Made by a program: the position numbers and the translations under genes | Part shown: one piece after another, positions 43,041-57,898 of the stretch | Numbering within the stretch: the first letter of the stretch is position 1 | How the letters are laid out: every line of letters starts with the position of its first letter | The notes under the pieces: generated by a model | Seen by the model: only the letters and a program-made list of their open reading frames with translations | What the model was told of the DNA's origin: nothing | Database searches by the model: none | NCBI RefSeq assembly: GCF_009914755.1 | Contig: NC_060930.1 | Strand: one strand, 5' to 3' | Length of the DNA stretch: 64,000 nucleotides | Source of the DNA: the human T2T-CHM13v2.0 reference genome, Homo sapiens

Positions 43041-43469
43041 ATTTTCTATCTTTTTTTAAAAATTATACTTTAAGTTCTAGGGTATATGTGCACAACGTGC
43101 AGGTTTATTACATATGTATACATGTGCCATGTTGGTGTGCTGCACCCATTAACTTGTCATTTACATTAGGTATATCTCCTAATGCTATCCCTCCTCCCTC
43201 CCCCCACCCCACGACAGGCCCGGGTGTGTGATGTTACCCACCCTGTGTCCAAGTGTTCTCATTGTTCAGTTCCTACCTTTGAGTGAGAACATGCAGTGTT
43301 GGGTTTTCTGTCCTTGTGATAGTTTGCTCAGAACGATGGTTTCCAGCTTCACAATAGCAAAGACTTGGAACCAACCCAAATGTCCATCAATGATAGACTG
43401 GATTAAGAAAATATGGCACATATACACCATGGAATACTATGCAGTCATAAAAAAGGATGAGTTCATGTC
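43041..43469 (-). mobile_element. L1PA5-like insertion with 5' inversion
   Basis: Antisense 3' end to 43351, sense segment 43348-43469, TTCA microhomology, about 17-nt deletion at the inversion point. TSD tctatttgctaatatttt (43023-43040) / tctatttggtattatttt (43468-43485). Confidence 0.93.
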
Positions 43470-43502
43470 TATTTGGTATTATTTTTAAAACTCTTTACTC
43501 AG

Positions 43503-43699
43503 GTTGTTTTGTTTGTTTTGTTTTTGTTTTTTGTGGGTGTTTTGTTTTGTTTTGTTTTGTTTTTTGGCAGCATCTTAGTTGCCTAGGTGGCAGTGCAGTG
43601 ACACAATTGCAGCCTCAACATCCTGGCTGGGCTCAAGCGATCCTCTTACCTAAGCCTCCCAAAGTACTGGTATTACAGTTGTGAGCCACTGCACCTGGC
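43503..43699 (-). mobile_element. FLAM/Alu monomer with (TTTG)n tail
   Basis: ctgggctcaagcgatcctc...gcctcccaaagtactggtattacagttgtgagccactgcacctggc. Confidence 0.75.
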
Positions 43700-43975
43700 T
43701 TATACTCCGTTTTTATGGCATCCTTTTTCTTATATCTACTTTAATCTTCCTCTTTCATTTCTTAAAAAATAAGCATAACTTTAAAAAAATTCTGTATCTG
43801 ATAATGGCAACCTCTGATCTTTGCAGATTTAAGCCACTTCCTTCTTTGTTCAGCTGGTTCCTGTCTCATGGTGCTTTTTATTTCTCTTCAAATGCTTTAT
43901 CATTTTTCACTGTAGCCTCATATTCTTTGGAACTTTATCTGTGAGAAAACTTAGAGGCCTGAGGATAAGCCATTA

Positions 43976-44320
<345 letters not shown>

Positions 44321-45889
44321 TTATTGTTATAAATAATTGGGGAAGATTTTCCTCCTCCTACATATAGGTGAGGTATGAAAGTTTCCTTAGGCATCCTTTT
44401 TTTTTTTCCCTCTCTTTTCTTTCTTAATTTCCTTCTTTCTGTTTTATCGGCTGTAAGAATTTTTATCTTGGCTTATAGTAATTTATTTAGAGCTTTTTTC
44501 TCTTTGTTAGCATGAACGTTATATATGTCTTATAGCTGGATATTTTTTTAGTTGCCATACTACCTGAAATGGAAGTCACAGTTATTTTTAAATCTTCCGT
44601 AAATTTCTCAGAATGCATATCTCCTAAAGGAATCTTACTGCTTTCAACACTGATATATATGAATGTAGCTTTTGAAGGGGTGTGTGTGTGATGTCTTTAT
44701 GCTTTTGTGTTTTCTATAGATTCTAGATAAAAGTAGGCTTAGACATGTGTGTACAGTTTGCATAGCTCAATATTTTGTATGTTGTATTTGTACCATAGAA
44801 CACTTAATTGTTTTACTATAATCATCTCCCTTTCTAGGATTTAAAACCTTAAAGCAACTTCATTTATTTACTTAAGTAATGAACACTTACCATAGTTCTG
44901 ACATCTAGTAGTTGCTAGAGAAGTATTTTTTGACTTTACCTTTGTTCTAATCCATAGATACATTCTGAGATAAGGCATTTAAAAACAAACCATTTTTAGA
45001 TATAAAAGCAATGAACCCCTATGGGCAGTGAACTCTATAGTATGGGTCCTTAAATCACAAATTCATATTCAAATGCAAAAAGTATGTAGATTTTTGAGGG
45101 AATGCAGGAAATTAAATTGAAAATTATATAAAAACTTTATTTTTGACTAATGCTATATTTTTACTTAATGGCTTCATTTTGATTTGGAAGTCATTGAAGT
45201 TTGAATGCCTTGCCATTATGGTTAGTAAGAAATATATAAATATGCGATATTTTAGGACTAAGTGTTTCATGTCAAATGGAAACATTTATTATATTAATTA
45301 AATTTAATTTATTCATTTCAATATGGAGAGATAATACTCTGGAATACTTCCAAATTAACATAAAACTTACAGGAAAGAAAAATATTCTAAAATACAAGCC
45401 ACCATTAAAAATGTGTGATTACTTATTACCTGGAAAGTGAATCCAAATTAGTGAAAGACAAGTCAGTAATCAAGGTGACATAATTAAAAATCACACAATT
45501 AGCTCTAGCCATAAGAACATATGTGCTGGCAAAGACAAATGCAACTCTGTCTTCTGAGCCTCACAAGGAGGAAGGAACTTCCTGAAGCTCATAGGAGTCT
45601 CAAAGAGTATCTATTTCGTGGAAAGGACTCCTTTAAAAAATCTAGACCTAGACATTACCAGCCAGGATTTGAAAAACAAAATAGACCAAACGAAAAGCCA
45701 AGTAAATCGATCTAGGATTAATTACACACAAATCATTCATTTACTTAACCAAAAAGGACTTCTAAATTACCCTCTATGCAACAAAAACTCACCCATCAAT
45801 ATTATAAGGTGACCAGTAAAACCGGGACCCTTTGAAGGAGAATTCAGTTTTGTAGAGTCGAGGAAAAAAGGCAATTGTAATATTGCATA

Positions 45890-46110
45890 ATGCATTGAGG
45901 GTGACTCTATACCCGTACTGCTCTAAATGCTGCATATGTACTAATATAATTTAATTCTCACAAGAATTAAAAAAAAACTAATTTTATTTTCCTAAATGTA
46001 CAATGAGAAAACAGAAAACACTTAATAAACAGACTCAGGGTCTCAAGGTAAATATTTGTATGGTGGAAATGAGTTTGAACTCTCATAGTTTGAGCTTTGA
46101 ACTAAAACTT
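45890..46110 (-). mobile_element. MIR
   Basis: tactgctctaaatgct...atttaattctcacaa...aatgagaaaacaga...ggtggaaatgagtttgaactc. Confidence 0.6.
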
Positions 46111-46401
46111 CCTAAAATTTCTACACTCTTGGTAGGAGACAAAAGAGGGCCTGCTGATGACAGGTTTGAGGTTAAGAAGATATTTGACATTAGCAGAGTA
46201 AGAACTATCAATAAGAACATCCTCAAGAGGCCGAGTCCTAAAAGACCAGAAGGACTTGGCTAGGAGAAGAAGGAGAGGCAAAGAAGTCTGTGATGTTAGG
46301 AAGGGTACTCAGAAACCTGCCAGATTAAGTTATGTGTTTAAAACCTAGAGGAATGAGACAGCATGCATGGAGAATTGCAAGTGATTTGGTACAGAAGAAG
46401 C

Positions 46402-46402
<1 letters not shown>

Positions 46403-46436
<34 letters not shown>
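46403..46436. repeat. (TG)17 microsatellite
   Basis: Perfect TG run. Confidence 0.97.
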
Positions 46437-46440
<4 letters not shown>

Positions 46441-46784
46441 GGTGCGTCTTGAGAGAGAGGGCTGGAATATGGGGAGGCTTGTCAGCCATCATTTAAGGCA
46501 AAGTGAAGTCATCAATGTCTCTTAAGCAGGAAATTAGTAATTCATGTTTATTTTCGAAACTACACTCTGGTTTTAGCATGGAGGATGGCTTGGAAAGGAG
46601 CTGGAGGCAGTTGAAGGAGGAGGAGAATTGGACTGATACTTGAACTAAGAGAATGTTATGGGAATGTAAAAAAGTAAAGAGATTTAGGAGAAATACGGTT
46701 TGTTTCCAAAAGGACTTTGTGGTTGGTTTTAAGTATGAGGTGTGTACCAGTCAGGGGCTGTCAGGAAACAGACGGTACATTCAG

Positions 46785-47757
46785 AAAAAGTAGAAATAGC
46801 AGATGTTGGCAAGGATACAGGGAAAAGGTAACTTTTATACACTGTTGGTAGGAAGGTAAATTGTACAGCTTCTATGGAAAACAGTATAGAGATTTCTCAA
46901 AGAGCTAAAAATAGAATTACTATCCAATTCAACAATCCTACTACTGGGTATATGTCCAAAGAAAAATAAATCAACATATCAAAAAGATCGGCCGGGTGCA
47001 GTGGCTCACACCTATAATCCCAGCACTTTGGGGGACCAAGGCAGGCGAATTGTGTTGAGCTCAGGAGTTCGAGACCAGCCTGGGCAACATGGTGAAACCC
47101 TGTCTCTACTAAAAATACAAAAATTAGCCAGGCATGGTGGTGCATGGCTGTAGTCCCAGCTACTCCAGAGGCTGAGACATGAGAATAGCTTGAATCTTGG
47201 AGGCTTGGAGGCAGTGGTTGCAACCAGCAGAGATCACGCCACTGCACTCCAGCCTGGGCTACAGAGTGACACCCTGTCTCAAAAAAAAAAAAAAAAAAAA
47301 AAGATACCTGCACTCATATGTTTATCATAGCACTATTCACAATATCAAAAATATAGAATCAACATAAAGGTCCATTAATAGATTATTGGACAAAGAAAAT
47401 ACAGTATATATAGCCATAAAGAAGAATAAAATCATGTCTTTTGCAGCAACATGAAAGGAACTGGAAGCCGTTATCTTATTTGAAATAAGTCAGACACAGA
47501 AAGACAAATAGAACTTGCTCTGACTCATAAGTAAGAGCTAAATAATGTGTCCACATGGTTGTACAGAGTGGAATGATAGACAATGGAGTCTTGGAAGAGT
47601 GAGGAAGTTGGAGGGGGGTGGATGATGAGAAATTACTAAATGGGTACAATGTATCTTTTCAAGTGATGGATATTCCAAAAGCCCTGACTTGACCACTGTG
47701 CAATCTATGCATATAACAAAATTGTGCTTGTACTCCATACATTTATAATAATAAAAA
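46785..47757 (+). mobile_element. 5'-truncated L1PB-type element interrupted by an Alu
   Basis: cagatgttggcaaggat...tatacactgttggt...ctatggaaaacagtat...aaaagccctgacttgaccact...aataataaaaa. Confidence 0.88.
46990..47302 (+). mobile_element. Alu (AluJb-like)
   Basis: Dimeric Alu with ttgagctcaggagttcgagaccagcctgggcaac; A22 tail; TSD aaaaagat. Confidence 0.92.
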
Positions 47758-50399
47758 AGGAAGGGTAATTAAAATGAGTTTAAGGAACAGACTACTTCAA
47801 GTTGGAAAAGTTTAAGAGAATCAACAAGAGAGAAATTTTTCCAGGGCTAGAATTGGATAGTAATCAATGGACTTGAAGAAGCAAGCAGATGGAATAATTT
47901 CTGCAATGTGGACAAAGATGTAGGTATAGGAGAAGAATCACCTGATAAGAGCTGTGGTCCTGGAGAGAGGAATGCATCTACCGCAAACTTGTACTTAACG
48001 GATAGAGAATAAGGAATAAATCCTCTGATCTTTTTTTCTTGCTACCCCTTCAATGTCCTTCCATCACATTGCCCAAACACAATTGGAAGTCAGAGGCAAT
48101 GGGGAGTTTGTTAGTTGCAACCAATAAAAGTCAGCCTCTCAGGTACGAGGCAGAGTAGAGAAAAATGGAGAACAGACCTGGAAGTGAGGCAGAAAATACC
48201 TAGCCTGGGGAGAAAGAAAAATGTAAGTGAATCTCAGGTTTTGAATTTAAGTAACTGTGTGAACAATACAATTTACTGAAATGGAAGATACAAATTTCAT
48301 GCTGAGAAAAAATTCAGTCCATCTGGTTCTAATAGTGTATCTTATAGAAATTCCTAATATTACCTATCCTTTTCTCCAGATCTGATTTATTATTTTGACC
48401 TTTTAAAAATATTTCTCAAGCAATTTAGAAAAGTGGAAACTTGAGCACATGAACTTATGTCACCACATTGCCTGATAAGTCGGTAAACTATACTTTTTAC
48501 AAATAAACAGTGATCCATTTAATAACATTCCTGCTCAGTTGGGTCATAAAATCACAACCCTCAATACCATTTTTCACCTGGGGGCAGCTAGCAGAATTGC
48601 ACGCAACCGTGGCCAGGGGAAAATAATCATTTCTCTAAAGAGAAAACCTTACAGCTATTACAAATGCCTACTGCATCAGGGGAATGATTTAAAAGATTTA
48701 TTTTAACATATTAGGCTTAATAAAATAGAGCCACAAATAGCTAAAGCAATGATGGAAAAATTTTCCTTTCAAAATTCAAAAGCATTTTTAAAAGTTAGAC
48801 ACAATCATTTTACATTCAAAATCCAATAGCTTACATTGAAGGGTAATCATTGGTTTCTGATTACTGTGAGGAATCACAAATTTACCGATAAATTCGTGCT
48901 GGATATTAGAGAAGTATGCACCTAAAAAACTAGAATCCAAATGGGAAATCATTACTTAAAATTCTGTTGTATTAGAAAGAACAAGCCCAATCACATAGGG
49001 CCCTCTATTAATTTCCATGTGAGTTCTAAGGAAAGAACCAAATAATGATATATCTTCCATTATTTTTAGACGTGTTGGCATACTATTTTTCTTTTATGCA
49101 AATCCTGGAATAAAAAAGAACATTAAATTATTTGTATAGTTTAGTCTTTTCTACAAATACACTAGATAATATGAGGAAACACGTAAGTAGATCAAAAGGC
49201 TCTGAGGGAAAGGACAGTTCATAGATTAAAGCAACACTCTTTATCTCACCTTGTTCATTACACCCAATATTATACTACTGAAGCAATGGATTTTGCCTTG
49301 TCTGATATGAACGTTTATTAATGGCTTGTCTGTGAAAAGCTGGGTAATTGGCTTTAACCAGCAGTATCCTCAGGACAATAGAGATAGTCTATTTACCATT
49401 ACTTTTTATGCAGTCAAACGTGAAACCTTAAAATAGTCTTTACAGTCCTTCAGCTTATCTCAAGACAGGTAGATTTGTTTAATAAGCTTTAAAGCAACTC
49501 AATTGCATAATCTTTATGTACTGAACATCATATTTCAGAGAACTACTAGAACTATTTCAGGTGAGAATATGTGGACCTCAGAGAATTATGGTATAGCAGC
49601 ATTGAATAGCTAGGGTTGCTTCTGATGTCTATATAAGCAATCTTGTTTTACTGAGTGTATTAAAGTACCTTCAGGAATGCCAAGGGGGATTCACTTCAAA
49701 GAAGAAGAGTGTGACTCTAGTATACTGAGGCACAGTACAAGGGAGATAATTATAAACTAATTATTCTTAGTTGTTACTTCTCTTCTATTAAATAAAAGCA
49801 AGCAGCTATGTGGTTCTCCCAACGTAAAATGCCATTTCTTTTTCATTTTCTCTTATTTGTTTTACTATAAAACCAGTATTATGACCATGTTTTGCTGAAA
49901 TAGTTTAGTGTGTTTATCCATTTCTTCCCTAAATATTCATCGTGTGCCTAGTATGTGCTAGGTAGTGAGTATGCAAAGATTATCTGGTCACACACCATTA
50001 AGAAGCTCTTGAAGAGGTTAATGAGACCCACAGACAAAGTAAGTGAAGAGAAGTTCTAAAATGCCAAAAGGAAGAAATTAAGTCTGTATCAAGAATTTAA
50101 GAAGGCTTCAAAGAGAGGTCAACTGATTTAAATCCTGAAGAATAGAAAGGAGATTTCAAGGTGGAAAAGGTTATTCTAGGCTGAAAAAACAGTATGTGAA
50201 AAAGTGTAAAAAATTCTCAGTACTGGCAACTGGAAAATGTAATACATTTTAGAGGATGGATTTAGAAGTCAGTATAAATTATGATGGAATTGTCATTTGA
50301 ATATTTTTCAATGCTAGCTTTGGAATATTTTGTCTTACAGGTGTTGAAAAGTCCCAATTTCTCTTTAGTGCTTCAGATGGGATTCATTTGTACAACTCT

Positions 50400-51200
50400 G
50401 CAACTCCCTTTAAATGTAATATGGGCCCCTGAGCTCTCACCCTCTGCACTCTCCATGCCCCATCCTCTTTCATTGATGCCTTCCTATATAGCCCAAATTC
50501 AAATTAGAAACCTGAGCGTAATCCTTTTTCCTCTTTCTATCTCCACATATTCATTCTATCACCAAGATATCTTCAATCATTGGTATATGTCTGACAGTCC
50601 ACTGTTGACTATCACCACTTCATGCCTAAGTGCTTGTGAAAACAATCCAATTGGCTTCCTTGACTCCAGTCTTAATCATCCTGTCAATCATCATAGTCAG
50701 GGTGATCATGTTAAAATGTAACCTGTTCACACAACTCCCCTTCTTAGAACATTCAGAGACTCCCTATCATTCTTACTATTAAGTTTAATCTTCTTACCAT
50801 GGCTTTCAAAGCCATTCACAAGCTGGTTCTGCCTCTTGAGGAGTCTCATGTCTAATCTCTCGGCCTTCAAACAACTTGCTCTTCTCTGCTTTGTCCTACT
50901 TTCCCTGATGGATGCTTATTTGTACTTTAATTCTTAACTTAGAAGATAGTTGTTTAAGAAGCTTTGCCTGACACTCCTCTAGTACAAGTTAGACAAGTCG
51001 TATATATTTAGGCCCCTGTACTTCTACTAGAAATCTTATCACCCTATACTGCAATAGCTTATTTATTTATATACTCCTCCTAGAATCTAAACTGTAACTT
51101 CAGTGATTTTATCTATTTCTTCACTCCTCATTGTATTCTGTGTGCCCAATATATTCCCTTTAACAGTGATGGCATTCAATAGTTGCAGAGTAGTTAAATA
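50400..51200 (+). mobile_element. L2 3' region (highly diverged)
   Basis: Pyrimidine-rich L2 motifs: ttggcttccttgactccagtctt, cttcttaccatggctttcaaagccattcac, ctagaatctaaact. Confidence 0.6.
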
Positions 51201-51719
51201 ATGTGTTAGAGCCTTTAACATAAAGGCCACTGCATATTACATATCATGTTGAGAAGTTTGGACCTTATTCTTTATGTCAATGCTTTTAACTATATGTGAG
51301 GAAGTACTAAAACCCATAGGATACACATGGTTTAGCTTCTGGAAATATCAATATTCCTTGAAGCTAATTAATATATCAGTTAAATAGTTTAAATTAAAAT
51401 TTAATATTTGTATGGCTTAAAATAAACAACATTTTAATAAAATATTCTGTGTACTCTGTTGCTAGAGTAAGGCACAAAATACTGTATTTCTTTACTCTTC
51501 TAAGCCTTTAATTGCACACATCAGAAACTCTTGAGAAATATTGTTGTAGATATCAGTGGGTTTTATGTGAAGTAGAATAATAGGCCCAGATTTAAATGTA
51601 AGTGTTTGAAAGTCACATCTTCTCATTGTAAGTGATAAATTGGCATCATAGTTTACACATCAGTGCTTTCTTGTGAGAGCAACAAACACTTGCACAATTT
51701 TACACTACTATAGTTATCG

Positions 51720-52275
51720 TCGTGGGTCACTGTCAGCGCTACAAATTATTTCCTGGTCTTAAGAGTTTCTTTGCTGTGTCCAGAGACCATGGCAAGCACC
51801 AGAGTTTTTTTAGCTGTCACATCACTAAAGAAGTATCAGGTCTGTACTGACACCTGGCCCTCACATGCCATCATCTATGGGAGGGATCACTGCACCTGTA
51901 CCCTGAACCAGCAGGACCCTTGCTTCCTCTAAGTTAACTGGACTGATCACTGAGGTGACTTAGTGCAGGGGGGTTTATTCTCAAGGGGACAGGCTTTAGC
52001 CGTTATGAATCAAGGGCTAGAACTGGGCCATAAATTCATCTTTTCTTCCCCCCAAAAGACTGTTCTGATGTGATGGGTATAGGGCTATCTTAACATGTCC
52101 TGTGTGGTGAAGCCATCAGTTGTGACTGTTATGAAGTTGTGATCTGCTTAGTAATACACCCCTTCTTATTTGTCCTCTGTATGCACTTTAACCCCCAACT
52201 TCCCCTCATTCTGGGAACTGTAATCAACCTAAGCTTTTAATTCACATTCTATTTTCTAGGAAATCTGGTACAAGA
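51720..52275 (+). mobile_element. Old ERVL-type LTR (LTR16-like)
   Basis: GC-richer block with gggccataaattc and a terminal ttctattttctaggaaatctggtacaaga. Family tentative. Confidence 0.45.
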
Positions 52276-52569
52276 AAGCCAGATTTGGGAAATTGGTGGC
52301 AGATTGTTGTTCTGCTCTAGGGAGGCCTTAATTAAACAATTATTTGGCCTTTCTCGTGTAATACCCTCTTGCCTCACTGTACCCATGTCTTCCCCATATT
52401 TTCTAGCTACAATACCACTCTCAAGAAAATTTTAAAACATTTCTCAGGAGGACATGTTCGTTTGGAAAACAGTCTGAATGTGCATGTTTGGTGTCATCTG
52501 TGTAGTTAAAAAGTAGCAATATAACAAAAAGGTGCATGCTGTTTTCAATGTATGCCACTATGACAGATT

Positions 52570-53025
52570 ATTTCAGTTTGCTCTTCCAGAGTCAATTTCT
52601 AGCTTGCTCCTGCATGAAATATGCCAGGAAAGCTGACCTATCTTACTACATCAATGGGGCCCCTCTGCGCTCTGTATTTTAGACTATTTGGCCCAAAGGG
52701 AAGTCCTAGCAGGAGCTGGGAGGGAGGCAAGAAAATGTGATCAGAATAATATTCATTCTTGTCAGTCCCCGTCTCTGAGGTCACATCAAGATGGCTGCAT
52801 TCCTTGATAGAAGTCACTACTCCTACATATCCTTCCTCTTGCTTTGTTCCCTGGGCCCAGGGATGGTAATAGCTTGTCAGCTGCTCACCTGGGGTTTCTG
52901 TACTATTTCTGGGTTTCCACTACACCTCATCCACTCCCGTATTCTTGCCACGTAGTAAATAAATCCTGTTTGCATTATTGTAACATGATGTGCATCTGTT
53001 TCCTGTTTGGATCCTGACTAATACA
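52570..53025 (+). mobile_element. ERVL solo LTR (LTR40-like)
   Basis: agctgacct...ctacatcaatggggcccc...gggatggtaatagc...catctgtttcctgtttggatcctgactaataca. Confidence 0.65.
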
Positions 53026-55199
53026 TCTGTCAATACACTTGCCTTTGAGGAAATGACCTTGCAGAAGCAATCAAAGATTTGGAAATGTATGAAATTACCT
53101 ATAGAAGCAAAGTGAAAAGAGGGGAAGGACGAAGTTTTGAAGACTATTAGATTTAAAGGAAATTTGATGTTAAAGATGACTTGACCTACCCAGAAAACAA
53201 ATTTTGTAATGTAAGTGTAAAACTTGGAGATTACTTTGTGAAAAATTAAGCACAAAATATTTTGAGGATAAAAGAATACTAATTGCTATAGAAAGATGGA
53301 AGAAAGTGAGGTTTGAAACACGTTCACTTATTTTTAGCATTTAAGCCATCATTGTTGACCATGATAATTGCAATTTCAGTAGAAGCTGAGGCAAAAAACA
53401 GCCAGCCATGAACTACATTATGAGTAAGAGGTGTGAAAGTTCAGAGAAAAACTGAGACCCAGTCTTGCAAAAAACTTAAACACCCAGGGGAAGGGTTTCT
53501 GAAATGATTAGGATACTCAGATCCTCACTAGAAACTTCCTCAACTAAAATGATGCTTATCCACTTTGTCTATGAGCATCATCTTTCTTTTCTTCCTAGGT
53601 CTAGTTTTCTCTTTGTAATGGATTTTTTAATATTTCTACTAAAAAGTTATATAAAATTTATTGTAAATATCATGAGCTACTGGCAGAACAATATTTAGTA
53701 TTGTAAAATTAAAGTTGTACAATATTATTTTTGACAAACTGTGCCTTTAAAAAAGTTCAAGACATTTTGATTTGTTTCTAATTGGATTAAACAGATTACC
53801 ATTTGTATACTAGAGAGGTGTTATTGCTGTTTTAATTCAAATTTCACTTTAAAAATCATTACTATATTATAAGAATTCAATCATATGACTTCAATAACCA
53901 AGTGCATGTATGCAAGTATATATGTGTAAGTGTGTGTATGTTTGTGTTTGAACACACACATATTAAAATGATATATTCACATGATATATGTATTTGTGTG
54001 TATACATAATTTCCTTATGTACAGAGATAGCATGTAGGCCACTTTGGTAGTCTATTTGTCCATTATTCACATTTATTATGAAAAATTTTATGTTTCCTGA
54101 CCTCATTTTCTTTTCTACAAGTATCTAGACTATGATCACATAGTTAAAAAAATGTCCATTGGTCTTCCAAATAATTAAAATTCATATTTTGTATATTTCC
54201 ATGTGCGACTGTAAGAGCTACTGATTCAGCAATGAATATCCTTTTAATTCTTATATAAAAATCTGAGAATCATTTACTATAAATGACATTGTCTAAAATA
54301 CTTCTCTAAGTATCATGAATATAATCATAATACTCTTAATTTTGACAAAATTTACATACTTTAGAATTTAAAATGAGTATCTGTCAATATGTTAAATCTA
54401 CTAAGTTTTTACAAATAGATTCATCTTGATAAATTTTCACTACATAGCTCATTTGTCCTTCATACATGTAGAATGTATGTGATTTAAATCTTACATGGTA
54501 GTCAAATGCAAACAATGGAAAAGTGAACATCTGCTCATGCTTCATTGTGGTTGCTTTCAGGACCTTCTTCATATGACTGATTTTAGATGTAGGAGTAAGC
54601 ATACTAATTCATTAGACACTTTGCTTCAGCCTACTAGGGGTTCACAATGGATGGCTATGTGGAAACCACTTATACTGAAGAGGTAGTGCTTGATATTTCA
54701 TTTAAGCAGCTCCTGTGGATTTGGCTACTATTGTCTTTCAACACTACCAGTTTTCTTTTTATTGCTAAGCTGCAGTGAAAAAAAGACAAAGGAGCAGAAG
54801 AAAAGCCTCTACTTAATCATACTGAGAAGTTGTTGACGTTCATCTGTCCTGTGGCAAAGTTATTAAGGGGCCTGCCTGTATGATGCCTATCTACAGAGGA
54901 GCACACATGGCCATCAATAGCAAAAGTAGTAATTAGATTTGTCATTATGTACTACCAGCTATGAAGGTGTGAAAGGCAGCTAGGGAACATGACCTACCAT
55001 TTATGAGCTTAACAATAAATGTTTCTTTTGATGTATATGCCCACGAGAGGCAGAGAGATCAAGATAATGAGAGCTATGCAAATAGTTACATCACGGATAA
55101 CAAGAAAAAAATAAATCCATATCTCTCCACTGGTAATTCCCAATGCTATTTCTCCTTCATTTGTTCTCCAGAACTTCAGCACAATTATTTGTTTCTTGC

Positions 55200-55870
55200 A
55201 GGTCATTTCCTTTCTTATATGTAGTCAACACCTCAAAATCTATTATGTCTTTCAATAAAACACATTTCTTCCTTCAAAGCTAACTCCTGATTCTCATTCA
55301 TTCAGACTGAAAAACTTTGATATATCTTTGGCTCATCTTTCATTTCTTTCTCTACTCTTTATTCTCTCTGGCATTTAGAACTAAATCTCCTGTTTGGACT
55401 AATGAAACATTTCCTAACTGTTCTCACCATCTTTAGTTTTCCCTCCAACTTATACAATAAAGCTTCGTAAATTTAATTTTTAAAACAGGCCTAGAGTTCA
55501 TGATCCGTCTATTCTCTGAGGACTTTCAAATGTCACTGTCCACAGAATTTCTCCCTTTTTCTATTTAGTAGTTGATAGTTGCTTGCTTTCTTTAAGCCAT
55601 CACCCTTTTTACCATTTTAATCTATTTATCCTTACTTCCTCTTCAAAAGTTAGTTTGGCCTCAATATCCAAGCTGACCCAAATCCCCTCATCTGTGTCCC
55701 AAAGTGCATATCATATATTATTAGAATTATCTATTTGTATCTGTTTCTCTTTCTTAACTATAAATATAAAGGCAGGGCCTATGGCTTTTGTATCTTTTTA
55801 TCTCCAGTATAAAGTGATACACAATATCAAGCAAAGGTACACAATTCATTTTAGTTCATTGGATGAAATT
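55200..55870 (+). mobile_element. L2 fragment
   Basis: Diverged pyrimidine-rich L2 3' region ending aactataaatataaaggcagggcct...tccagt...ggatgaa. Confidence 0.5.
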
Positions 55871-55981
55871 ATGTATACTATGTCCTTTCCCCAACACCAA
55901 ATCAAGAAGTGACATGTAATTTAACACCTGGTCTAACAAGTATCCAGGAATGCTCACACCACTGCTCTGCAATGAATGGTG

Positions 55982-55983
<2 letters not shown>

Positions 55984-56020
<37 letters not shown>
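55984..56020. repeat. (GAT)12 trinucleotide microsatellite
   Basis: Perfect run. Confidence 0.97.
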
Positions 56021-57464
56021 TTGGCCATGACAGCAACAGTGATCATTATTCCAATTTTACACTGTGACAACAGAAAACACTACAGGTACATTCCCAAGAC
56101 CTTACTTAATTGTTGACAACTAAAAAGATCCTGATTACATCACACAGAAAGGATCCAGGGCAAATTTTGAGATTCAGTGCAAGTTTTCACACTCTCACGC
56201 CACCATCTGCAAACTGGTATCAAATCTTGATATGGCTCTTGCACCACAGAAAAGCCCATTGGTGTTCTTAGGCTATAGAATGCCATGTGATCCTAAGAAG
56301 CTATGCGTATTCATTCCTTCCTCCAATCAATCTGCTTTACCTTTTCCTACACAGCAGAAATTAAATTCAAATGTTATATATGAAAGTAAGCAAAAATTAA
56401 CTTAATGGTACAGTATGAAATAGGCTGCTTATTTCAAATTTCTAATTTTCAGGAGTTACAAGTCAATTCATTGTAAAAGGAGCTTTTCAGACACCCCAAT
56501 GCAAATAAATCTCCTGCAGTAGCAAAGTACAGAGCACTAAAGAAGCTGGAGAGTGAACCCCCAAGGCTGGCCTAATGAGAATGGCACTAAAATAAATCGG
56601 TTGCTAATCAGAGATAAAATAAATAACTTTCCATACTGTTTAATACAAATGCAGGAAGGACTTTGTGCTATAGCATGTTAGCTCAGAGGATAAAGTGGGT
56701 AAATGACAACAAACAAAAGAAAAAAGTGTGACCCTTGAATCTTGGGTTACATAAAGACAAAACAGATTCTAACAGCAACAGTATGCCAGATGGAATATGA
56801 CAGCTATCCTGTTTCAAAGTCAGCATAGTTATCACACAAAATAAAAATAATCTAATAGCATTTACCTCAAGATATTAAGTCACTGCATTAAAGTATAAAG
56901 AAGAAAATGTCTCAGTACTTCTAGGCTGCTCACATTCTGAAATTTTTTAAACGTAAAGTTCATTATCATTCCTATTTACGAGTGTGAGATCCTAGAGCCC
57001 TTCCTTTACAGTTTTTTTCCATGTTATACCCCCATAGACACCTAATTCAACACCCAAAATGCTGACACAGTGACATATCAAATCAGTACTTTTGTCAGCC
57101 AAATATCTAGATGGAATTTAGGTAGATCAATACTGTGAGTCATTTGGACTTAGAATTTCTCTGTGCTTAAGATAATACTGTATTACATAATACATAAAAG
57201 TAATCCTTCAGGGCACTTGCCTTCTGAGAACAGAGGCCCCATGTTTGTTCTAGCTACATGAAGTTATCTGAGGCTTAACCCTGCTTTCAGAAGAACCACC
57301 TACTATGGATTCCTCTTTATTCAAAGACCTGCTCTTCCAGGTATATCTAGGGAGCAAATATTGTAACCAGAACTTACAAAAGCTGGGGTCTGGGATGGCG
57401 ATTTTACTATTCTAGAATTGATTGGTCAACCAGTTACCCCACTGGCTACTCTTGCTCCCAGCCC

Positions 57465-57854
57465 TGTTATATTTGAAATAAAGTTAGGACCAAAACAGCT
57501 GTAATGTTCCCCTCAACTTGTCTAAACATTTAGATAGGCTTCTTTCTGAATGTAGGTCTCTGACCTCCCTTTTCTTAGAGCATTTACTTTATAAACCTTT
57601 TAATTGGAAATTATTTCTCTGCCTCTTGAGATGTAAATGTTCTCCCAGCCTCTTGCCAGATTCACAACCCAAGAATATCTTTTTCAAGGATTTAAGAGCC
57701 ATCCCTTTGATATGTAATCTTGGAAGGAGATCCTGCCCCTCCGTCCCAGTCTCTGAGAGGGCAGGAGCCTAACTTTGATATGTGTGCCAATTAGCAAACA
57801 CAGATGGCCTAATCACATTGACCAACCTACCCCCTACTCTCTCCCAGTACTTTT

Positions 57855-57898
<44 letters not shown>

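Larger units (their letters stand above)
46741..48205 (-). mobile_element. ERVL-type solo LTR (LTR41-like), interrupted by L1 46785-47757
   Basis: tgtaccagtcagggg...caggaaacagacggtacattca resumes after the L1 with gggtaatt...gagtttaag...gacta. Family call tentative. Confidence 0.5.

Noticed and set aside
50281-50721. 146-aa ORF
   Set aside because: Overlaps a degenerate L2, has no recognisable domain, and its composition reflects pyrimidine-rich repeat DNA.
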